Positions 27,380 through 40,327 are shown, counted from the first letter of the stretch. The stretch is 64,000 nucleotides of DNA from Elusimicrobiota bacterium (GCA_019135865.1 JAGVVD010000052.1:13011-77010), one strand, 5' to 3'. Notes: a model not told the origin generated them from the letters alone. Numbers and translations: made by a program.

Positions 27380-27393
27380 CCGGAGGCAAGATC

Positions 27394-28845
27394 ATGTTCG
27401 GATTCTGCGAAGAAGCGATGGACGTTCTCTCCTCCCGCCGGGCGGATTTCGGGGACATCCGGATAGTCCGGAACAGGACGCAGGCGCTGGGGGTACGCAA
27501 CGGCGGGACCGGGAACGTCGACGACTCGGAGACGCTCGGTTTCGGCGTGCGCGTGCTGCTCGGCGGGGCCTGGGGCTTCGCCTCCAGCGGCCTGCTGACG
27601 CGCGCCGAGGTCCGGCGCGTGTCGCTGCTGGCCGTGAAGATAGCCCGGGCCAGCGCGACGCTGATGGAGCGCAGGGTGAAGCTGGCGCCCGAGCCCGCCT
27701 GGCGCGATCTCTGGCAGACCCCCTTCATCAAGGACCCCTTCACCGTGCCCGTGGAGAAGAAGTTCCGCACCCTTTTCGAAGCCGACCGCCTCATGCGCCG
27801 CGACCGCAGGATCAAGTCGGCCGCGGCCTCCATGCGCTTCGTCCGCGAGCATCAGTGGCACGCCACGACCGAGGGCTCGCGCATAGAGCAGGTGCTGTTA
27901 TCGAGCGGCGCCGACTGCCGCGCGACCGCCGTGGACGGGGCGCAGGTGCAGGAACGCGGCTACCCGTGCTCGCACGGCGGCCAGACTCTGGCCATGGGCT
28001 ACGAGCTCATCGACCAGCTCGACCTCCCCGGCCATGCGGAGAAGACCGCAGCCGAAGCCGTCGCGCTGCTCAAGGCCCCCGACTGCCCCTCCGGCGAGAT
28101 GGACCTCATCACTTACGGCAACCAGCTGGCCCTGCAGATACACGAGTCGGTCGGCCACGCCAGCGAGCTCGACCGCGTGCTCGGGTACGAGGAGTCCTAC
28201 GCGGGCTCCAGCTTCGCCACCACGGAGAAGCTCGGGAAGTTCCGCTACGGCTCCCCCATCGTGAACCTGGTGGCCGACGCCACCCTGCCCGGCGGCCTGG
28301 CCACGGCGGGCTACGACGACGACGGCGTAAAAGCCCAGCGCTGGCACATAGTGAAGGACGGCATACTCTCAGGCTATATGACCAACCGCGAGTTCGCGCC
28401 GCGCATAGGCCTCGGGCGCTCGCAGGGCTCCTGCCGGGCCGACGGTTTCGCCAATATCCCGATAACGCGCATCTGCAATCTCAGCCTGATGCCCGGCTCC
28501 GCGGGTTCTATGGACGACCTGGTCCGTTCCACCAAACGCGGGATTATCATGGAGAACAACAAGTCCTGGAGCATAGACCAGCGGCGCCTCAACTTCCAGT
28601 TCGGCTGCGAGATCGGCTGGCTGGTGGAGAACGGCAAGGTAAAGAAAATGGTGCGCAATCCCACCTACCAGGGCATCACGCCGCGGTTCTGGGGCTCCTG
28701 CGACGCCATCTGCGGCCCGGGCGAATGGCGCCTCTGGGGCGTGGCCAATTGCGGCAAAGGTCAGCCCGGCCAGACGGCCATGATGTGCCATGCCTCCAGC
28801 CCCGCCCGCTTCAGGGGGGTCAAAGTGGGAGTAAAAGCCGGATAA
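27394..28845 (+). CDS. tldD: TldD metalloprotease
   Basis: GFGVRVL, LQIHESVGHASELDR (HExxxH), YDDDG, PITRICNL, SWSIDQRRLNFQFG and CGKGQPGQ. Start ATG 27394. Confidence 0.92.
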   Translation: MFGFCEEAMDVLSSRRADFGDIRIVRNRTQALGVRNGGTGNVDDSETLGFGVRVLLGGAWGFASSGLLTRAEVRRVSLLAVKIARASATLMERRVKLAPEPAWRDLWQTPFIKDPFTVPVEKKFRTLFEADRLMRRDRRIKSAAASMRFVREHQWHATTEGSRIEQVLLSSGADCRATAVDGAQVQERGYPCSHGGQTLAMGYELIDQLDLPGHAEKTAAEAVALLKAPDCPSGEMDLITYGNQLALQIHESVGHASELDRVLGYEESYAGSSFATTEKLGKFRYGSPIVNLVADATLPGGLATAGYDDDGVKAQRWHIVKDGILSGYMTNREFAPRIGLGRSQGSCRADGFANIPITRICNLSLMPGSAGSMDDLVRSTKRGIIMENNKSWSIDQRRLNFQFGCEIGWLVENGKVKKMVRNPTYQGITPRFWGSCDAICGPGEWRLWGVANCGKGQPGQTAMMCHASSPARFRGVKVGVKAG

Positions 28846-29121
28846 ACCCGGCTGAACCCCTTTTCGGGGGCTTTAGGGCGGCCTTTAAAACAGGGCTGGC
28901 AGATTTGTTCCCCCCTATTGACAGAATATATATATTTAAAGTAATATTTCCTCATAATAATCCGCCGTTTTCGACGGGGAAAATCAGATCGTTCTCTTTT
29001 TTGATAAAGCCCTTGCATAGTCAAGCCCCCGCCGTTTAATTAACAAAGAAAGTCTTTATAAAATAATAGTTTTTTTCCAAAAGAGACCCCATATTAACAG
29101 TTGTGGATAACCTGTGGATAA
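28846..29121. other. Probable replication origin (oriC), upstream part: AT-rich segment and DnaA boxes
   Basis: Strongly AT-rich stretch (ATATATATATTTAAAG, TTTATAAATAATAG) in a GC-rich genome. Two perfect DnaA boxes TGTGGATAA at 29102-29110 and 29113-29121. TTGACA at 28918. Confidence 0.8.
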
Positions 29122-30484
29122 CTCGCCAAATTTCAAGGAACTCTGGCAGAACGCCTGTGTCAAGATAGAGCAGGAAATAGGGAAGGACCCTTTCGACCTC
29201 TGGATGCGGCCCGCGAAGCTGCTCCTGATAGAGGGAGACACGGTGAAACTGGAGGTCCCGGACCCTCTCATCTTCGAGACGATAAAGAAGCGCTATGAGA
29301 GCGTCATCGTGCGCGCTCTCTCCGAATTATCCGGCAAAGAGTACAAGATAGACTATTCCCTCTCCCTGGCCCCGCGCGAGCCCCGGCCGGCGCCGCAGCC
29401 GGAACCGGCGACGGCCCCGGCCGCCAGGCCGCAGTTGTCCGCCTATTCCAACTTCAACCCCAACTACACTTTCCAGACCTTCATAGTGGGCCCCTCCAAC
29501 CGCTGGGCCTACTCCTCGGCCAAGGCCGTCGCGGAAAAACCCGGCCATCTTTCGAACCCCTTCTTCATCTACAGTCCGCCCGGTCTGGGCAAGACGCACC
29601 TGATGCACGCCATAGCCAACGAGATCCTGCGCATCAATCCGGCGGCCAAGGTCATCTACACCCCCAGCGAGAACTTCGTCAACGAGTATATCGACACCAT
29701 ACAGAACAAGAGCAATTCCGCCGAACTCTTCCGCGGCAAGTACCGCAAGCTCGACTGCCTGCTGCTGGACGACATACAGTTCATGATGGGCAAGGAGCGC
29801 AGCGAGGAGGAGTTCTTCTACACCTTCAACGCCCTTTTCGAGTCCAAGAAGCAGATAGTCGTGACCTCCGACCGGCCGCCGCGGGAGCTTTCCCTGGCGC
29901 AGCGGCTGGTCTCCCGCTTCCTCTCCGGCACGATAGCGGACATGAAACAGCCGGACCTCGAGACGCGCATAGCCATCCTCCGGGAGAAGCGCGACCAGTA
30001 CAGGTTCGACATCCCGGACGACGTCGTCAATTTCATAGGAGAGAACGTCAAGACGAGCATCAGGGAGCTCGACGGCTGCCTGCTGACGGTCGGGAACTAC
30101 TGCGCGAACATGAAGCTTCAGCCCACGATCGACGTGGTCCGCGAGATAATCAAGAACCACATGGGCATACAGCAGGACGACGGCGACAAGATCAGCATAG
30201 AGACCATAATCGGCGTGGTGGCCGAGAAGTACCAGCTCGACCCCAAGGACCTGCGCTCCAAGGGCCGCCGCGACGCGGTGGTCCTGCCCAGGCAGCTGGC
30301 CATGTACCTGGCCTGCGAACTGACCGACCTGTCCACGACCAACGTGGGGGACGCCTTCGGCAAGGACCACACCACGGTCATCTACGCGCGCAACAAGATC
30401 CAGAACATGGTGCATACCGACCCTTTCATCAACGAGATGGTGAACAACTTGATAACGAAGATAAAATCGGTCAGTAACAAGTGA
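29114..30484 (+). CDS. dnaA: Chromosomal replication initiator DnaA
   Basis: YTFQTFIVGPSN, NPFFIYSPPGLGKTHL, LLLDDIQF, SDRPP, RLVSRF, IRELDG, RQLAMYL and DHTTVIYA motifs. Confidence 0.98.
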   Translation: MDNSPNFKELWQNACVKIEQEIGKDPFDLWMRPAKLLLIEGDTVKLEVPDPLIFETIKKRYESVIVRALSELSGKEYKIDYSLSLAPREPRPAPQPEPATAPAARPQLSAYSNFNPNYTFQTFIVGPSNRWAYSSAKAVAEKPGHLSNPFFIYSPPGLGKTHLMHAIANEILRINPAAKVIYTPSENFVNEYIDTIQNKSNSAELFRGKYRKLDCLLLDDIQFMMGKERSEEEFFYTFNALFESKKQIVVTSDRPPRELSLAQRLVSRFLSGTIADMKQPDLETRIAILREKRDQYRFDIPDDVVNFIGENVKTSIRELDGCLLTVGNYCANMKLQPTIDVVREIIKNHMGIQQDDGDKISIETIIGVVAEKYQLDPKDLRSKGRRDAVVLPRQLAMYLACELTDLSTTNVGDAFGKDHTTVIYARNKIQNMVHTDPFINEMVNNLITKIKSVSNK

Positions 30485-30488
30485 AACC

Positions 30489-30546
30489 TGTGGAAAAAAG
30501 AGGCTCCTGTTAGGATTGTCAGTCCCTTTTGGCGGGTTGTGGAGAA
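30489..30546. promoter_or_regulatory. DnaA boxes in the dnaA-dnaN intergenic region
   Basis: TGTGGAAAA (30489-30497, consensus match) and TGTGGAGAA (30538-30546, one mismatch). Confidence 0.7.
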
Positions 30547-30600
30547 CTTTCCTGAGGGGAACGCACAGTTTCAACAGACTTAACAGGTCCCATATAGAGG

Positions 30601-31722
30601 ATGATGATGATGAAAATAAATAGTAACCGGGAGAACCTCATCAAGGGGATACAGACCATACAGGCGGGAGTCTCGGCCAAGACCGGGACGCTGCCGATAC
30701 TCCAGAACTTCCTGATGGAGACCGAGGACCAGGGACTCAAGGTCGTTTTCACGGACCTCGAGATGGCCATCAAGCACCACATCAACGTGGAGGTCAAAGG
30801 GGACGGCAGCATAACCGTCCCGATAAAGAAGTTCCTCGAGATCATACAGAACCTGGGGCCGGACGCGGACGTCAACGTGAACGTGGACGACGGCAACAAG
30901 GTGTCCATCCTCTCCGGCAAGACCCGGTTCAAGATTAGCGGCGCCCCCAAGGCCGACTATCCCGTCATCCCCGACCTGGACGAAAGCGGTTCCTTCAGGC
31001 TGCCCGCCGCGCTGGTCGCGGACATGGTGTCCAGGACCGTCTTTTCCGCTTCCACCGAGGACGAGAGGCATTTCCTCAACGGCCTGCTCTGGAAATACGA
31101 GAAAGGGGTGTTCTCGATAGTGGCGACCGACGGCCGCCGCCTGGCCGTGGCCACCAGCCAGGCCGTCAAAGCGAAGAAGGATTTCAAGGTCATAGTGCCC
31201 TCGAAGATATTGGGGGAACTGGTCAAGTTCATAAAAGGGGCCGGGCTGGGGGACAAGGAAGAACTGACCGTAGGGCTCTCCTCCAACCAGATAGGCTTCC
31301 GGATCGGGAAGACCGTGTTCGTTTCGAGGCTGATAGAGGGGAACTTCCCGGCCTACGAGCAGATCATTCCCAAGACGCGCGAGATATCCATCGAGCTGGA
31401 CACGGCGCGCGTCCTGGCCCTCACCAAGCGCGCCTCGCTCTGCTCCAACGAACGCAGCGGCGCCGTGAAGTACTCTTTCAAGAAGGGAGTGCTGGTGGTG
31501 AACTCCTCCTCCCAGACCATGGATTTCGAGGACGAGACCGACATCGACTACAAGGGAAAGGATTTCCAGGTCAGCTTCAATCCCAGGTTCATCATGGACG
31601 TGCTCCGGAACATGGGAGAGGAACGGGCCCTTATGGAGTTCAACGCCCCCTCCACCCCGGCCCTGATAAAACCGGTGAAAGGGGAGGATTTCCTCTATAT
31701 AGTGATGCCCCTGCGCGCATAG
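30601..31722 (+). CDS. dnaN: DNA polymerase III beta sliding clamp
   Basis: TLPILQNFL, FTDLE, RHFLNG, VATDGRRLA, SRLIEGNFPAYEQIIP, SFNPRF and YIVMPLR. The exact start among four tandem ATGs is uncertain. Confidence 0.97.
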   Translation: MMMMKINSNRENLIKGIQTIQAGVSAKTGTLPILQNFLMETEDQGLKVVFTDLEMAIKHHINVEVKGDGSITVPIKKFLEIIQNLGPDADVNVNVDDGNKVSILSGKTRFKISGAPKADYPVIPDLDESGSFRLPAALVADMVSRTVFSASTEDERHFLNGLLWKYEKGVFSIVATDGRRLAVATSQAVKAKKDFKVIVPSKILGELVKFIKGAGLGDKEELTVGLSSNQIGFRIGKTVFVSRLIEGNFPAYEQIIPKTREISIELDTARVLALTKRASLCSNERSGAVKYSFKKGVLVVNSSSQTMDFEDETDIDYKGKDFQVSFNPRFIMDVLRNMGEERALMEFNAPSTPALIKPVKGEDFLYIVMPLRA

Positions 31723-31732
31723 GGGAGAGACC

Positions 31733-32041
31733 TTGTTCCTGGTCAGGAAAAGCCAGAACTGGAGCCGTCTCGGACATTCGGGAGGCCGCCGTCCCTTCCG
31801 GGGCTTCCCGCTGGAGCGGCTGCAATTGCTGTCCTCGGTCTGGGACAGGGAAATAGGGTCCCTCGCCGCCCATTGCAGGCTGGAGGGAGTGGAGGGGGAC
31901 AGGCTGGTGGTCTCGGCCACCTCCGCCGCGGCGGCCAACGAGCTCGGACTGAGGGGCCGGTCCCTGGTAAGGGCCCTGAACAAGTATTTCAACCGCGCCT
32001 GGCTGAGCGGCATAAAAGTGGTCGGAGAGCCGGGCAGATAG
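31733..32041 (+). CDS. DUF721 / DciA-like protein
   Basis: Lies between dnaN and gyrB. The W...IG..AAHC.....GDRLVV...SAAAANEL pattern is typical of DUF721. Confidence 0.65.
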   Translation: MFLVRKSQNWSRLGHSGGRRPFRGFPLERLQLLSSVWDREIGSLAAHCRLEGVEGDRLVVSATSAAAANELGLRGRSLVRALNKYFNRAWLSGIKVVGEPGR

Positions 32042-32062
32042 CACCGAATAAGGAGAGTTTAA

Positions 32063-34540
<2,478 letters not shown>

Positions 34541-34563
34541 GGACTACTTTTCAAGGAGCCTAG

Positions 34564-37068
34564 TTGAAAATGACAGCACATAAGAACGACAAGAACCAGC
34601 CGGTGGACAACATCTTCGCCAATATAGTGGACCGCGACATCAGCGAGGAGATGAAGGCGTCCTACATAGACTATTCGATGAGCGTCATCGTGGGCCGCGC
34701 GCTGCCCGACGTGCGCGACGGCCTCAAGCCCGTGCACCGCCGCGTGCTCTACACGATGGACGACATGGGATTGCAGCACAACAAGCCTTTCAAGAAGAGC
34801 GCCCGCATAGTCGGCGACGTCATGGGTAAATACCATCCGCACGGCGACGCCGCCATCTACGACACGCTGGTCCGGATGGCGCAGGAATTCTCGCTGCGCT
34901 ACACCCTGGTCGACGGCCAGGGCAATTTCGGCTCGGTCGACGGCGACCCGGCCGCGGCCATGCGTTACACCGAGGCCCGGCTCTCCGGCATCGCCGGCGA
35001 ACTGCTGGCCGACATAGAGAAAGAGACCGTGAAGTGGACGCCGAACTACGACGGCTCCATGGTGGAGCCCAGCGTGCTGCCCGCAAAGCTGCCCAACCTG
35101 CTGGTCAACGGCTCTTCCGGTATAGCGGTCGGTATGGCGACCAATATCCCCACCCATAACCTCTCCGAGGTCTGCGACGCCACTATAGCCGTCATAGACA
35201 ACCCGGAGATGAGCGCGAAGGAGCTCGTAAAGATCCTCAAGGGGCCCGACTTCCCGACCGGCGGCATCATCCGCGGACGCAAGGGGATCCTGGATTACTT
35301 CGAGACCGGGCGCGGCTCCGTGAAGATCCAGGCCCGCACCGAGATAGAGGAGATCAAGGGCAACCGCGAGGCCATCATCATCACCGAGATCCCCTACCAG
35401 GTCAACAAATCCTCGCTGATAGAGAACATAGCGGAACTGGTCAAGGACAAGAAGATCACCGACATCTCCGACATCCGCGACGAGTCGGACAGGCGCGGCA
35501 TGCGCGTCGTCATAGAGATCAAGCGCGACGGCAACGCCCAAGTCGTGCTGAACCAGCTCTACAAGCACACGCAGATGGAGACCAGTTTCGGCGTCATCAT
35601 GCTGGCCATCGTGGACGGCCGCCCGCGCGTGCTGCCGGTCAAGGAGGTCATGTCCCAGTACGTGCGCCACCGCCGCCTGATGGTGGTGAACCGCACCAAG
35701 TACGACCTCAAGAAAGCGCTGGCCCGCGCCCACATCCTGGAAGGCTACCTGATAGCCCTCAAGAACATCGACGCGGTGGTCGAGATCATCAAGAAATCCA
35801 AGGACGCGCTGGAGGCCAAGGGAAAACTGATGGCCAAGTTCGCGCTGAGCGACATACAGGCCCAGGCCATCCTGGACATGCGCCTGCACCAGCTCACCCG
35901 CCTCGAGACCGGCGCCATCGAGGAGGAGCACAAGGCCCTGATGAAGCTCATCGCCGAGCTCCGCGCCATCCTGGCCGACCCGAAGAAGGTCCTGAAGATC
36001 ATCGTGGACGAGCTGAAGTACATGAAGGAGAAGTACGGCGACAAGCGCAAGACCGACATCACCGGCGAGGCGCAGGAGCTCGACATCGAGGACCTGATCC
36101 CCGAGGAGCGCGTCGTCATCACGATGAGCCACGGCGGCTATATCAAGCGCATCCCCGCCGACACCTACAAGGTGCAGGGCCGCGGGGGCAAGGGCATCAT
36201 CGGCTCCGACGTCAAGGAGGAGGACTTCATCGAGAAGCTCTTCGTCACCTCCAGCCACGCGACGATACTGATGTTCACCACGCGCGGCACCGTGTACGCG
36301 CTCAAGGGCTACGAGATCCCCGAGGGCAACCGCACGTCCCGCGGCAAGGCGATAGTGAACCTGCTGCAGATAAAGGACGAAAAGGTGACCTCCGTGCTCG
36401 CGGTCGAGTCGTTCGAGGAGGCCAAGGGGAAGGAGAGCTTCATCGTGATGTGCACCCGCAAGGGCAACATCAAGAAAACCCCGATCGCCGACTTCGCCAA
36501 TATCCGGCGCAGCGGCATCCGGGCCATCGGCCTGGAGGACGGCGACGTCCTGACCAGCGTCGATCAGACCGGCGGGAAGCACGAGCTCATCATCGGGACC
36601 AAGCAGGGGATGTCTATCCGCTTCAACGAGAGCGACGTGCGCTCCATGGGCCGCGGCGCGATGGGAGTGCGCGGCATACGCCTCGACAAGGACGACCAGG
36701 TCATAGGGATGGAGGTCGCCGAGCCCAAGTCGAAGAAGACCCTGCTGACGGTCTGCGTCAACGGCTACGGCAAGCGCACCGACCTCGACGAGTACCGCCA
36801 CCAGCACCGCGGCGGCTCCGGCGTCATCACGATCAAGGCGACCGACCGCAACGGCCACGTCGTGGGCCTGCACCTGGTGGAGGACAAGGACGACCTGATG
36901 GTGATGACCGAGAAGGGCAAGATCATCCGCATGCCCTGCAAGGACCTGCGGGTCATCAGCCGCAACACCCAGGGCGTGCGCCTGGTCCGCCTCGAGGAGG
37001 GGGACCGCATCGCCTCGGTGGAACCGGTGGTGGACGAGGGCGAGGCCGCGGTCGAAGGCAAGAAGTAG
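34564..37068 (+). CDS. gyrA: DNA gyrase subunit A
   Basis: [30 protein letters not shown], GyrA-box-like QGRGGKG and C-terminal beta-pinwheel repeats. Confidence 0.98.
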   Translation: MKMTAHKNDKNQPVDNIFANIVDRDISEEMKASYIDYSMSVIVGRALPDVRDGLKPVHRRVLYTMDDMGLQHNKPFKKSARIVGDVMGKYHPHGDAAIYDTLVRMAQEFSLRYTLVDGQGNFGSVDGDPAAAMRYTEARLSGIAGELLADIEKETVKWTPNYDGSMVEPSVLPAKLPNLLVNGSSGIAVGMATNIPTHNLSEVCDATIAVIDNPEMSAKELVKILKGPDFPTGGIIRGRKGILDYFETGRGSVKIQARTEIEEIKGNREAIIITEIPYQVNKSSLIENIAELVKDKKITDISDIRDESDRRGMRVVIEIKRDGNAQVVLNQLYKHTQMETSFGVIMLAIVDGRPRVLPVKEVMSQYVRHRRLMVVNRTKYDLKKALARAHILEGYLIALKNIDAVVEIIKKSKDALEAKGKLMAKFALSDIQAQAILDMRLHQLTRLETGAIEEEHKALMKLIAELRAILADPKKVLKIIVDELKYMKEKYGDKRKTDITGEAQELDIEDLIPEERVVITMSHGGYIKRIPADTYKVQGRGGKGIIGSDVKEEDFIEKLFVTSSHATILMFTTRGTVYALKGYEIPEGNRTSRGKAIVNLLQIKDEKVTSVLAVESFEEAKGKESFIVMCTRKGNIKKTPIADFANIRRSGIRAIGLEDGDVLTSVDQTGGKHELIIGTKQGMSIRFNESDVRSMGRGAMGVRGIRLDKDDQVIGMEVAEPKSKKTLLTVCVNGYGKRTDLDEYRHQHRGGSGVITIKATDRNGHVVGLHLVEDKDDLMVMTEKGKIIRMPCKDLRVISRNTQGVRLVRLEEGDRIASVEPVVDEGEAAVEGKK

Positions 37069-37084
37069 GGCCCGCGCCCGCGCG

Positions 37085-37124
37085 AGCGGCCGGCGGAGGG
37101 AGACCTCCCCGGCCGCTTTCTTTT
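37085..37124 (+). terminator. Terminator after gyrA
   Basis: AGCGGCCGG / CCGGCCGCT stem with an inner GGAG/CTCC pair, followed by TTCTTTT. Confidence 0.7.
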
Positions 37125-37138
37125 GCTAGAATTAAGAG

Positions 37139-37738
37139 ATGGAACTCCTGCCTTTCGCTTCCGCGGTCTTCACGCTGGCGCTGGTCATGGACCCGCTGGG
37201 CAATATCCCGATGTTCATGTCGGCGCTCAAGGGAGTGCCGGAGGAACGGCGGCGGCCCGTGATAGCGCGGGAGCTCCTCATCGCGCTCGGCATCATGGTC
37301 TTCTTCCTGCTCTTCGGGAAGTACATCGTTTCCTTTCTCGCCATAGACCTGACCGCGATGTCGGTGGCCGGCGGCATCGTGCTGTTCCTCATCGCCCTGC
37401 AGATGATCTTCCCCCGCGGAAATTCCCATTTCGCCGATAATCCCGGCGGCGAGCCCTTCATCGTTCCGCTGGCGATCCCCCTGGTGGCCGGGCCTTCCGT
37501 CCTGACGATGGTGCTGCTGTTCTCCATGCAGGAGCCCGGGCGCCTGTGGGTCTGGGCCGGGGTGGTCGGCGCGGCCTGGCTGATAAACGCCGCCATCCTG
37601 GGAGGCATGTCCGGGCTGCTGTCCCGTCTTCTGGGCGAACGCGGGCTGCTGGCCATGGAAAAACTGATGGGCATGATACTCATAACCATTTCCGTGCAGA
37701 TGATAATGACGGGCCTTAAGAAGTTCCTGGCCGCCTGA
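37139..37738 (+). CDS. marC: MarC family membrane protein
   Basis: MDPLGNIP, AGGIVLFLIALQM, IVPLAIPLVAGPS and KLMGMIL motifs. Confidence 0.9.
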   Translation: MELLPFASAVFTLALVMDPLGNIPMFMSALKGVPEERRRPVIARELLIALGIMVFFLLFGKYIVSFLAIDLTAMSVAGGIVLFLIALQMIFPRGNSHFADNPGGEPFIVPLAIPLVAGPSVLTMVLLFSMQEPGRLWVWAGVVGAAWLINAAILGGMSGLLSRLLGERGLLAMEKLMGMILITISVQMIMTGLKKFLAA

Positions 37739-37756
37739 GACAGAAGGAGAGACGAC

Positions 37757-39247
37757 ATGGACCGCATCCGCCTTTTCGCCTTTATTCTTTCCGCCGCGCT
37801 GCTCTGCGCCGCGCGCGCGGCGGCGCAGGAGGCCGGCGATCCCGCCCCGGCCGCCGGGCCGGAGCTTTCGGCCCAGCCGGAGCCGGCCGGAGAGGAGGCG
37901 GCCCCGCCGCCGGCTCCCGACGCGCCGGTCCCCGCCGGGCCCGCCGAAGAAGAACCGGTTCCCGCCCCCGCGGCCACCGAACCCGAACCACCGGCCGCCG
38001 AGCCGGAGCCGCCGGCCGCCGTCATCGACCCTTCTCCCTCGGACGAGATCGTCTCGCCGGAGGCCCGGCTCTCCGCGCGCGAAGCGGAATGGGCCTTTCT
38101 CAAAGCCGCTTCCGCGGAACAGGACAAGGACATAACACGCATCGTCATGACCCAGGTCTCGGGCTGGCTCTCCAGCGGCCCGCTCGATTCGACGGCGGCC
38201 GAAGCGCAGCTGCTGAAGGCCGAATTGCGCATCCGCCTGAAGGATCACCGCGAGGCCGTGGTGGACCTGCTGAAGCAGCTGCAGCTCTATCCCGGCTCGG
38301 AGGCCGCCAGGAAAGCGGGCCCGATGCTGGAGGGGCTGGTCAACGACAAAGCCGACAAGAAGCTCCGGCCTCTGCTCCTGGAGCTGGCCAAACCGTTCAA
38401 TATGCCGGCCAAGGAAGACAGGATGGCCATGCTTCTCGGGCGCCTGGCGGCCGGGGCCGGGGACGACTATTACGAGCCGCTCGTGGAGGAGTTCCGCCTT
38501 TTCTTCGAGCGCTTCCCTTCCTATCCCGGCCGGGACTCGCTGCAGCGCGCGCTGGCCGATTTGCACGCCGGCAGGAAGGAATATACGGCGGCCCGGATCG
38601 CCTACGAGAAACTGATAGCGATGCATCCCTCCACCGCTCTCATGGCGGGTTCGAAACTGGCCCTGGCCGGACTGCTCGCCGACAGCCTGAAAGAGTACGA
38701 CCGGGCCATAGAGCTCTACCTGGAGATAACGAACTCCTTTCCGGGGACGGACGAAGCCTGGCGTTCCTTCTCGAAACTCCCCGAACTGGCGGAAAAGCAG
38801 AAGAAATACGAACTGGCCGTGGAGACCTACGAGAGGATCCTGACGCTCTACCCGGAAAAAGCCGAAGCCTACGAGGCCTACAGGTCGGCCGCGCGCGTGC
38901 TGCGCGAACGCATGAAGAAGCCGGCCGAAGCCGTGGCCGTGCTGGTGCGCCTGGCCGACAAGTACGGCGGCGAGAAGGGTCACGGGGCCCTTTTCCTGGC
39001 CGCCGAGATAACGCGGAAGGATATCAAGGACGCCGCGGCCGAGGCCGTCCTCTACGATAAGATAATCGCCGAGTACGAGAAGGACGGGCAGGCGCCCGCG
39101 GCGATGTACGCCGCCGGCGAGACCTGGGAAAAAGCGAAGAATTACGACATGGCCCGGCAGTATTACGTGAAGCTAGCGGAAAAGTACCGGGAAGACAAGT
39201 TCGCCGCCAGGGCCCAGAAGCGGCTGGACGCCATACTCGGGAAATAA
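37757..39247 (+). CDS. Secreted TPR-repeat protein with a Pro/Ala/Glu-rich linker (BamD/CpoB-like repeats)
   Basis: Signal peptide, low-complexity linker, and repeated A...YEK.I..(H/F/Y)P...A helical pairs. Confidence 0.8.
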   Translation: MDRIRLFAFILSAALLCAARAAAQEAGDPAPAAGPELSAQPEPAGEEAAPPPAPDAPVPAGPAEEEPVPAPAATEPEPPAAEPEPPAAVIDPSPSDEIVSPEARLSAREAEWAFLKAASAEQDKDITRIVMTQVSGWLSSGPLDSTAAEAQLLKAELRIRLKDHREAVVDLLKQLQLYPGSEAARKAGPMLEGLVNDKADKKLRPLLLELAKPFNMPAKEDRMAMLLGRLAAGAGDDYYEPLVEEFRLFFERFPSYPGRDSLQRALADLHAGRKEYTAARIAYEKLIAMHPSTALMAGSKLALAGLLADSLKEYDRAIELYLEITNSFPGTDEAWRSFSKLPELAEKQKKYELAVETYERILTLYPEKAEAYEAYRSAARVLRERMKKPAEAVAVLVRLADKYGGEKGHGALFLAAEITRKDIKDAAAEAVLYDKIIAEYEKDGQAPAAMYAAGETWEKAKNYDMARQYYVKLAEKYREDKFAARAQKRLDAILGK

Positions 39248-39248
39248 G

Positions 39249-40289
39249 GTGGCGGCCCCTTTCAGCCGGCCGGTCCCCGGCGGGGAGGTCCGGGCCCTGC
39301 CCAAGGCCGAGCTGCACCGCCACCTCGAAGGCTGCGTCTCCGTCCCGACGATGATAAGGCTCGCGGCCCGTCATGGCGCGAAACTCCCCTCCTCCGACCC
39401 GGCGGAACTGGAAAGACTCACCAAGCTCAAGGCCCCGATGGGGTCGCTGGACGAAGTGCTGGCGATGTTCTCCATAGCGCAGGCCGCTTTCGCCTCCTAC
39501 GAAGCCGTCGAGGAGATAACCTGGGAGGCGCTGGAGACGGCCTTCCGCGGCGAGAATATCCGCCTGCTGGAACTGCGCTTCAGCCCCGACTTCATGCTCG
39601 GCGGCAAGGACCTGGACTGGCGCAGGTCGCTGGATATAATGGCTTCCGTCGTCAGGCGCTTCGAGTCGCGCCATCCCTTCGTCGGCGGGCTCATCGTCAT
39701 AGCCTCTCGCGGGCTCGGCCTGGCCTCGGCCGAACGCACCGCGGAATTCGCCGTCGAGAACCGGAAGAAGGTGATCGGCTTCGACCTGGCCGAGGGGGAG
39801 AAGGCTTTTCCCGCCAGGCTCTACGCCCCGCTGGCCAAGAAACTCCGCGCCGCCGGCCTGCCGCTGACCGTGCACAGCGGCGAGGAAGGGGAATTCTCCC
39901 AGGTGAGAGAGACGCTGGAACTGCTGCGGCCGGCGCGCATAGGTCACGGTGTGAAGGCCGCCGAAGACCGCACGGGCCGGACGATGGAGATGATACGCGC
40001 CGCCGGCGTGACGGTGGAGACCAATCCCTGGAGCAATTACCTCACGCGCGCGGTGGAGAGTCCCGAAAAGCACCCCCTCAAGAAGTTCCTGGACGCGGGG
40101 CTTAAATGCGCGATAAGCGCGGACGATCCCGAGATACTCGACACCGACCTCGACCGCGAGTACGCGCTGGCGCTGGGCCCGCTGGGACTGACGCGCGCCG
40201 ACCTCGATCTCTGCCGCCGTTACGCGGTCGAGGGCTCTTTCCTCGACCCCGACCGGCGGGAGCAGGCGGCCGGAGAGCTGGGGTTCTGA
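39249..40289 (+). CDS. add: Adenosine/adenine deaminase family
   Basis: PKAELHRHLEG, ELRFSP, GFDLA, TVHSGE, RIGHG, SNY and ISADDP motifs. Confidence 0.85.
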   Translation: MAAPFSRPVPGGEVRALPKAELHRHLEGCVSVPTMIRLAARHGAKLPSSDPAELERLTKLKAPMGSLDEVLAMFSIAQAAFASYEAVEEITWEALETAFRGENIRLLELRFSPDFMLGGKDLDWRRSLDIMASVVRRFESRHPFVGGLIVIASRGLGLASAERTAEFAVENRKKVIGFDLAEGEKAFPARLYAPLAKKLRAAGLPLTVHSGEEGEFSQVRETLELLRPARIGHGVKAAEDRTGRTMEMIRAAGVTVETNPWSNYLTRAVESPEKHPLKKFLDAGLKCAISADDPEILDTDLDREYALALGPLGLTRADLDLCRRYAVEGSFLDPDRREQAAGELGF

Positions 40290-40327
40290 GCCCGCCTCCC
40301 GGCGGCGGTATTTGATAGAATTTACAC

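Noticed and set aside
25618-28845. Very long ORF-track entries (e.g. 25618-28845, 24095-26536, 5495-7564, 20795-22213, 42429-44786, 61517-63550) as single proteins
   Set aside because: These are GC-rich open-frame extensions. Family motifs, SD or -10 signals and ATGA overlaps place the real starts internally.
26048-28845. TldD/TldE as the leader protease for the Cys/His-tail system
   Set aside because: TldDE does process microcin B17, but these genes are 20 kb away and common as housekeeping genes. Nothing in the sequence links them.
28761-29024. Minus-strand 87-aa ORF at the origin as rpmH or a leader peptide
   Set aside because: It has no L34 motif (MKRTxQP...HGF), overlaps the tldD end and spans the AT-rich origin DNA.
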